Source: Vulcanimicrobiota bacterium
Lineage (GTDB): Bacteria > Vulcanimicrobiota > Xenobia > Xenobiales > JADMJV01
Direction of reading: 5' to 3'
NCBI GenBank assembly: GCA_050250895.1
Contig: JBFWNU010000002.1
Location: 96,001-160,000, forward strand
DNA: 64,000 nucleotides
The translations under genes were made by a program, and so were the position numbers. Below are positions 59,486-64,000 of the stretch, piece by piece. The notes under the pieces are model-generated. The model did no database searches. It saw nothing but the letters and a program-made list of their open reading frames with translations, and had not been told where the DNA came from. Numbering within the stretch: position 1 is the stretch's first letter; each line of letters starts with the position of its first letter.

Positions 59486-59929
59486 ATGGGCATGGATGAA
59501 GCCAAACTGATTCACAAGCTCAAGCTGCTCGAGGCGATCTTCGCCGACACCGACAAAGAAGGAGAGCGCGTGGCCGCGGGTCTGGCCCGGGACCGCATCC
59601 TGGCCCGACTCGCGCAAGTCGAGCGCGAAGACCCGCCCGTCGAGTTCCGCTTTGCCGTGCCCGACCCCTGGAAGCAGCGACTGCTGATGACGCTGCTGCG
59701 ACGCTACGGCATCCGTCCTTACCGCTACCACGGTCAGCGTCGGGCCACCGTGATGGCGCGCGTTTCGAGGCGTTTCGTCGATGAGACCCTGTGGCCCGAG
59801 TTTCAACAGTTTTCTCAAACCCTCGAGGAGTATCTCTCCGAGGTCACTGACCGGGTGCTGAAAACCGTGCTCGGAGAGGATGTCGCCGAGGCCGAAACGG
59901 TGACCCAGGGCGAGCTGCTGCTCACCTGA
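59486..59929 (+). CDS. Conserved-looking hypothetical protein
   Basis: GERVAA..ARDRI, LLRRYGIRPYRY.GQRRAT, FVDETLWPEF. Confidence 0.75.
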   Translation: MGMDEAKLIHKLKLLEAIFADTDKEGERVAAGLARDRILARLAQVEREDPPVEFRFAVPDPWKQRLLMTLLRRYGIRPYRYHGQRRATVMARVSRRFVDETLWPEFQQFSQTLEEYLSEVTDRVLKTVLGEDVAEAETVTQGELLLT

Positions 59930-59942
59930 GACCCGGTTCTTC

Positions 59943-60455
59943 TCAAACAGTCCATAAGAAGAGCAGCTTGGTCTCGACCATCAGCTCGCGCTGCGGCTTC
60001 CATAGGCCCATGTCGAAGCTGTGAGAGATCAACCGGGTCCCGGGCTTTAACTCGGCCTGCAGCTTGGGAAGCAGGGCCAGGTTGACGCTGTGCAACAGAT
60101 ACAGCGAGACCACCGTGGCCGGTTGAAAGTCGGCTTCGAAGAAGTTCTGGTGGCGAAAGCTGGCCAGTTCGTCAACCCCGGCAGAGACGGCCAGGACACG
60201 GCTGCGCAGCACCAACGACTTGTCGATGTCGATCCCCACCGCCTGGGCCCCTCGCAGGGCCGCCCCGATGACCAATCGGCCATCGCCCGAACCCAGGTCG
60301 TAGAAGACGTCCCTCGGCCCGACGCTGGCCAGATCGAGCATCGCCTCGACTACGGCCGGGGGAGTAGGAACATAGCGAATGTCTTTCTTCAACGACCAGA
60401 CGGTCGATGCAACCCGTTCGAGGACACCATTAACCTCCGCCACGATTGCCCGCAA
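59943..60455 (-). CDS. Class I SAM-dependent methyltransferase
   Basis: YVPTP..VVEAML, YDLGSGDGR, LKPGTRLISHSF. Confidence 0.88.
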   Translation of the reverse strand: MRAIVAEVNGVLERVASTVWSLKKDIRYVPTPPAVVEAMLDLASVGPRDVFYDLGSGDGRLVIGAALRGAQAVGIDIDKSLVLRSRVLAVSAGVDELASFRHQNFFEADFQPATVVSLYLLHSVNLALLPKLQAELKPGTRLISHSFDMGLWKPQRELMVETKLLFLWTV

Positions 60456-60522
60456 CCTTGGCCGGAGGCACCACGTTGGCCCTAACTTAACCAGAGCCGT
60501 CGCGAACTCCGCTATTTCTTGG

Positions 60523-61542
60523 TTATTTGAGCTGTTGCCCCAGCTCGGCCGTCAAATCACCGGCCCCAACGGCCCGGGCCAGGGGAGCGCTTTGGCCGGC
60601 CCAGTGGGCCCCGAAGCCGCTCTCTCCGGTCTGGTGCGCGGCCGCGTGCAGGGCCTTGCCGGCGCTGTAGGCGCGAGGATAGTCGGGCGGGGGCGGACCG
60701 GCCGGCAGTTCGGTGAACAGGTTGCGCAGGCAGCGAGCCGGTCGCCCCGAGATGGCCCGGGTCATCACCGTCTCGCCCGGACCGTGCAATAGCGACTGGC
60801 GATGAGCCGGAGCCGCGCTCGACTCGGGGCTGGCCACGTAGGCCGTTCCCATCTGCACGGCCACCGCTCCGAGTTCGAGGGCCGCTCGGGCCCCGGCGGC
60901 GTCCATGATGCCACCGGCGGCTACCACCGGTAGCGACAACCTCGAAACAAGCAGGCGGGTCAGCACGCTGGTGCTCAGGGTCAGGTCGGCAGCCTCGGGG
61001 TCAAAGCAGCCGCGATGACCTCCCGCCTCGTAGCCCTGGGCCACCAGGACATCGATGCCCGCTTTTTCGGCCTGCCGGCCTTCGTCGAGATTGGTAGCGC
61101 TGGCCAGCAGCACGATGCCAGCCTGTTTGAGGGCTCTGATGGTGGCTAGCGAGGGAAGACCGAAGTGAAAGCTCACCACCGCCGGGCGCTGGGTCAGCAA
61201 GACCTCGAGCATGGCGGGATCGTCGACAAAGCTGCGATAAAGCTCTTCGAGCCCGGCCGGCGGCTCGGCCCCGAACCGCGCAAAGCTGGGCGTCAGGTGC
61301 CGTAACCACGCCTGCTCGCGAGGCTCGTCCTGGCGGGCCGGGGCGTGGCAAAAGAGATTCACGTTGAAGGCCTGGTCGGTGAGGGCGCGGGTCGCCTCGA
61401 TGGCAGCCGCTGCGGCCCTCGGTTGCAGATGCCCGACGGCCAGCCCTCCCAGACCGCCGGCTCGGCTCACCGCCGCCGCCATCTCGGGGGTCGACACGCC
61501 GGCCATCGGCGCTTGCAAGATGGGGTATTGGAGGTCGAGCAT
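60523..61542 (-). CDS. Nitronate monooxygenase (2-nitropropane dioxygenase) family
   Basis: PILQAPMAG, SFHFG, QGYEAGGHRG, AAGGI, QMGTAY, WAGQ. Confidence 0.92.
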   Translation of the reverse strand: MLDLQYPILQAPMAGVSTPEMAAAVSRAGGLGGLAVGHLQPRAAAAAIEATRALTDQAFNVNLFCHAPARQDEPREQAWLRHLTPSFARFGAEPPAGLEELYRSFVDDPAMLEVLLTQRPAVVSFHFGLPSLATIRALKQAGIVLLASATNLDEGRQAEKAGIDVLVAQGYEAGGHRGCFDPEAADLTLSTSVLTRLLVSRLSLPVVAAGGIMDAAGARAALELGAVAVQMGTAYVASPESSAAPAHRQSLLHGPGETVMTRAISGRPARCLRNLFTELPAGPPPPDYPRAYSAGKALHAAAHQTGESGFGAHWAGQSAPLARAVGAGDLTAELGQQLK

Positions 61543-61578
61543 CCTTTTCCATTCCCGCTCGAACCGCGGGTCCCTGGC

Positions 61579-62481
61579 TCAAATCGGCCCCACAAACAGA
61601 TCCTCGCTCTCGAACTCGAAGAGAGCCAACTCGGTCGCTACCCGGTGGCGAAGGTACTCGGCCACCGCCTCCTCGCTCTCGAACTGCTCGCGCGCCCCGC
61701 GGGCGGTGAGGCAGCGATGCTCCCGGGTCGAGGCTTTCGTAGTCCAATCGGGAAAGAACGTCCTGGCTCCGCCCGGGTCGATCGACCAGCGCCGGCCGAG
61801 CTCTCGCTCCCACACCCCGGCCAGCCGAGCCGGCAGAACGACCAGGTGGGCAAGTCCTAACAACTCCCGGGTCAGCAACTCGGGGTCTGATACTACATAG
61901 CGGCGTCGCCAGCTTGGCCCTTCGGCCAGCACCACCACCGCCAGCTCGCGCCGCGGGTCGAGCAACAGCCGCTTGCACACCTCGAGCTCGTCGGGTGAAT
62001 CGAGGTGCCATATCCGGCCCAGTCGGCGCAGTTGCACGAACTCGACGCCGTTCACCAGCGACTCCACCAGCTGGGGCCGCGATGGGGGAGGGCGGTCCTT
62101 CGAGCGAGCGCAGTGGCAGTGCAGGCGCACGACCACGCGCACCCCATGCTCGCCGGCTTGAAGGCCCACATCGGTCTGCCAGATGCGGCCTTTGGCGTCG
62201 AGGCGGGTGCGCAAGGCCCAGCGGTCCTCTAACGGAAGGCATAGACAAGCCACCTGGGCTTTGGGCCAGCGCACGTCGCTGCGAAAAGTGGTCCAGTCTC
62301 GGGCCCGGTTCGGCAGGCGACAATGGCGCGGGCCGGACCAGTCGAGAACGGCTCGGGCCACCTCAGCTGGCGGACTGCACACCACCCTGCCCGAGAGCTG
62401 ATAGATCAGCACTCGGTGGCATTCGGGCAAGGGTTGCCAGGGATCGGCCTGGGTAAGACTGGGAAGGTCATATTTTGGCAT
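61579..62481 (-). CDS. Hypothetical protein
   Basis: 300-aa ORF; shares its 5' leader with the Rpn genes. Confidence 0.6.
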   Translation of the reverse strand: MPKYDLPSLTQADPWQPLPECHRVLIYQLSGRVVCSPPAEVARAVLDWSGPRHCRLPNRARDWTTFRSDVRWPKAQVACLCLPLEDRWALRTRLDAKGRIWQTDVGLQAGEHGVRVVVRLHCHCARSKDRPPPSRPQLVESLVNGVEFVQLRRLGRIWHLDSPDELEVCKRLLLDPRRELAVVVLAEGPSWRRRYVVSDPELLTRELLGLAHLVVLPARLAGVWERELGRRWSIDPGGARTFFPDWTTKASTREHRCLTARGAREQFESEEAVAEYLRHRVATELALFEFESEDLFVGPI

Positions 62482-62570
62482 AGCCGCGAGGGCTTCGCCG
62501 GGTCCAAAGACCGTCCCGTCGAGCGAGTTGCTAACTTTCGTTCACGACTCGTTCGCTAGCGAGCGCTCGC

Positions 62571-63464
62571 CTAGAAGCGGTCCTTCCAGTCGTCAGGGTT
62601 GCTCCAGCCGCCCTCGCCGTCGAGCCCACGATAGTCGGGCTCGACCTCGGGCCCGTCGAGGTCTTCTTTCCAGTCGTCAGGGTTGCTCCACTCACCTTCG
62701 CCAGAGAGCCCACGGCCCTCCCAGGCCCCTTTGCCCACCGGGCTGCGGGACTCGGAACGGTGAGACTTGGCAGGCTCAGGCTTGGAACGCGGACCGCTGA
62801 TCTCTTCCTTCCAGTCGTCAGGGTTGCTCCACTCGCCCTCGCCAGCCAGCCCCCGGCCCTCCCAGGCGCCTTTGCCCACCGGGCTGCGGGACTCGGAACG
62901 GTGAGACTTCGCAGGCTCAGGCTTGGAACGGGGCCCGCTGATCTCTTCTTTCCAGTCGTCAGGGTTGCTCCACTCGCCTTCGCCAGCGAGCCCCCGGCCT
63001 TCCCAGGCACCTTTGCCGACCGGGCCGCGCTCGGGCTTTGAAGCCGGCCGCGACCCGCCGATTTCTTCTTTCCAGTCGTCAGGGTTGCTCCACTCGCCTT
63101 CGCCAGCCAGCCCCCGGCCCTCCCAGGCGCCTTTGCCGACCGGCCCGCGTTCAGGCGTAGAACGCGTCCCGCCGAGGTCTTCTTTCCAGTCGTCGGGATG
63201 GCTACGCTCGCCCTGGGGGCATTGGCACTGGCACTGCGAGGGCACGGGCTTTTGGGCCAGCCCGCTCACGGTGGCCCCGGTGGCGGCTCCGGCGATGAAC
63301 ACGCCGGCTAGAGCCAGGCCTTTCCAGAGTGTGGGTTGTGGCTCGCTGGGCGTGAACTGATCGGTTGGTTCAGGCAGAGCCTGGGGTAGGGGTGCAGCGG
63401 CGCTCTCGGCTCCGGGCGGAGCCAGGCGAGATAGCCCGTTAGGACGGGCCTGAGTGATATGCAT
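62571..63464 (-). CDS. Membrane-anchored protein with tandem Trp-rich repeats
   Basis: One TM helix, CQCQC, then six (N/H)PDDWK motifs, four in full GKGAWEGRGLxGEGEWSNPDDWKE units; start MHITQ. Confidence 0.75.
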   Translation of the reverse strand: MHITQARPNGLSRLAPPGAESAAAPLPQALPEPTDQFTPSEPQPTLWKGLALAGVFIAGAATGATVSGLAQKPVPSQCQCQCPQGERSHPDDWKEDLGGTRSTPERGPVGKGAWEGRGLAGEGEWSNPDDWKEEIGGSRPASKPERGPVGKGAWEGRGLAGEGEWSNPDDWKEEISGPRSKPEPAKSHRSESRSPVGKGAWEGRGLAGEGEWSNPDDWKEEISGPRSKPEPAKSHRSESRSPVGKGAWEGRGLSGEGEWSNPDDWKEDLDGPEVEPDYRGLDGEGGWSNPDDWKDRF

Positions 63465-63598
63465 TTGTCGGACCTCGATGGCATGGAATGCCGCGTGCAC
63501 CGCTAGATTGGCACCTGCGGTCGATCCGCGTGTTGCGCGCAGGTTAACAAGCTGCCATTGCTCCTCACGGCGAGGCGCGCTAGGATGATGTAGACATC

Positions 63599-63742
63599 AT
63601 GCAGCGCAAGCAGAATTATCTGGATGAGTGCGAGAGCAAGCTGCCGCCGGAGGAGAATCCCTTACGGGCGATGGTCGGCCTCGTCGAGGAAGGGCCCCCT
63701 GACGGGGCTCAAGAGCACGACCGCTATCTCTACGGTCAATGA
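63599..63742 (+). CDS. Putative antitoxin (47 aa)
   Basis: Manual translation MQRKQ...NPLRAMVGLVEEGPPDGAQEHDRYLYGQ*; ATGA overlap with a PIN-like start. Confidence 0.6.
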   Translation: MQRKQNYLDECESKLPPEENPLRAMVGLVEEGPPDGAQEHDRYLYGQ

Positions 63743-63815
63743 GACGTGTCTTCGTGGACACGGGCGCGTGGGTGGCGGTCTGCGTGCAACGTGGGCTTCG
63801 TGATGCTAGGCCAGG
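63739..63815 (+). pseudogene. Internally deleted PIN toxin remnant
   Basis: MRRVFVDTGAWVAV is a PIN-type start; similarity stops after ~15 codons. Confidence 0.6.
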
Positions 63816-63856
63816 GCTGTCCCTGTCGGCAAGGTCTAAAGGCCGGCCCCGGGCCC

Positions 63857-64000
63857 GGGGGCACGCTCGAGCACGACACCATCACGGCCAACCTCACCGG
63901 TCTGCTGCACGCCAGCCTGCGCGGACAAGACTGCCAGGTGTTGACCAGCAACATGAAGGTCAGGACCTGGGCCGATGGACTGTTTTCTTATCCCGACTTG
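63857..64000 (+). pseudogene. Uma2/DUF820 endonuclease fragment (5' truncated, runs off the window edge)
   Basis: GGTLEHDTITANL...LRGQDCQVLTSNMKV...FSYPDL. Confidence 0.7.

Overview
High-GC bacterial accessory region with no rRNA, tRNA or CRISPR array visible. In order: a partial PilC/GspF gene and two lipoproteins; a NUDIX/nucleotide-sugar/C-methyltransferase/GT2 operon and a GH3 beta-glucosidase; a Ser/Thr kinase; a PIN toxin-antitoxin pair; one intact and one broken HNH gene; a VWA-OmpR-histidine kinase operon; two paralogous HExxH metallopeptidases; an orphan Rhs toxin with a probable immunity gene; GT1, GH13, LysR/MFS, DUF4132-like, M48 and clostripain-like genes; four Rpn/YhgA-like loci in different states of decay; an S1/P1 nuclease; a GIY-YIG gene; a SprT gene coupled to a HIT-PLD-helicase (SauUSI-like) gene; and a Trp-rich repeat protein. 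The main observation is a ~1.16-kb non-coding unit present twice (42085-43241 and 47084-48238, minus strand). Each copy has a TTGACG-17bp-TAGATT promoter, three upstream DnaA-box-like 9-mers, an intrinsic terminator and many GNRA/UNCG-capped hairpins, and the copies differ by frame-breaking indels. This makes it a candidate kilobase-scale structured RNA that I cannot assign to a known family. The second observation is a ~125-137 bp palindromic mobile element with covarying stems, found once as a tandem array and twice inserted into genes. All calls are by eye; no searches or folding were run.
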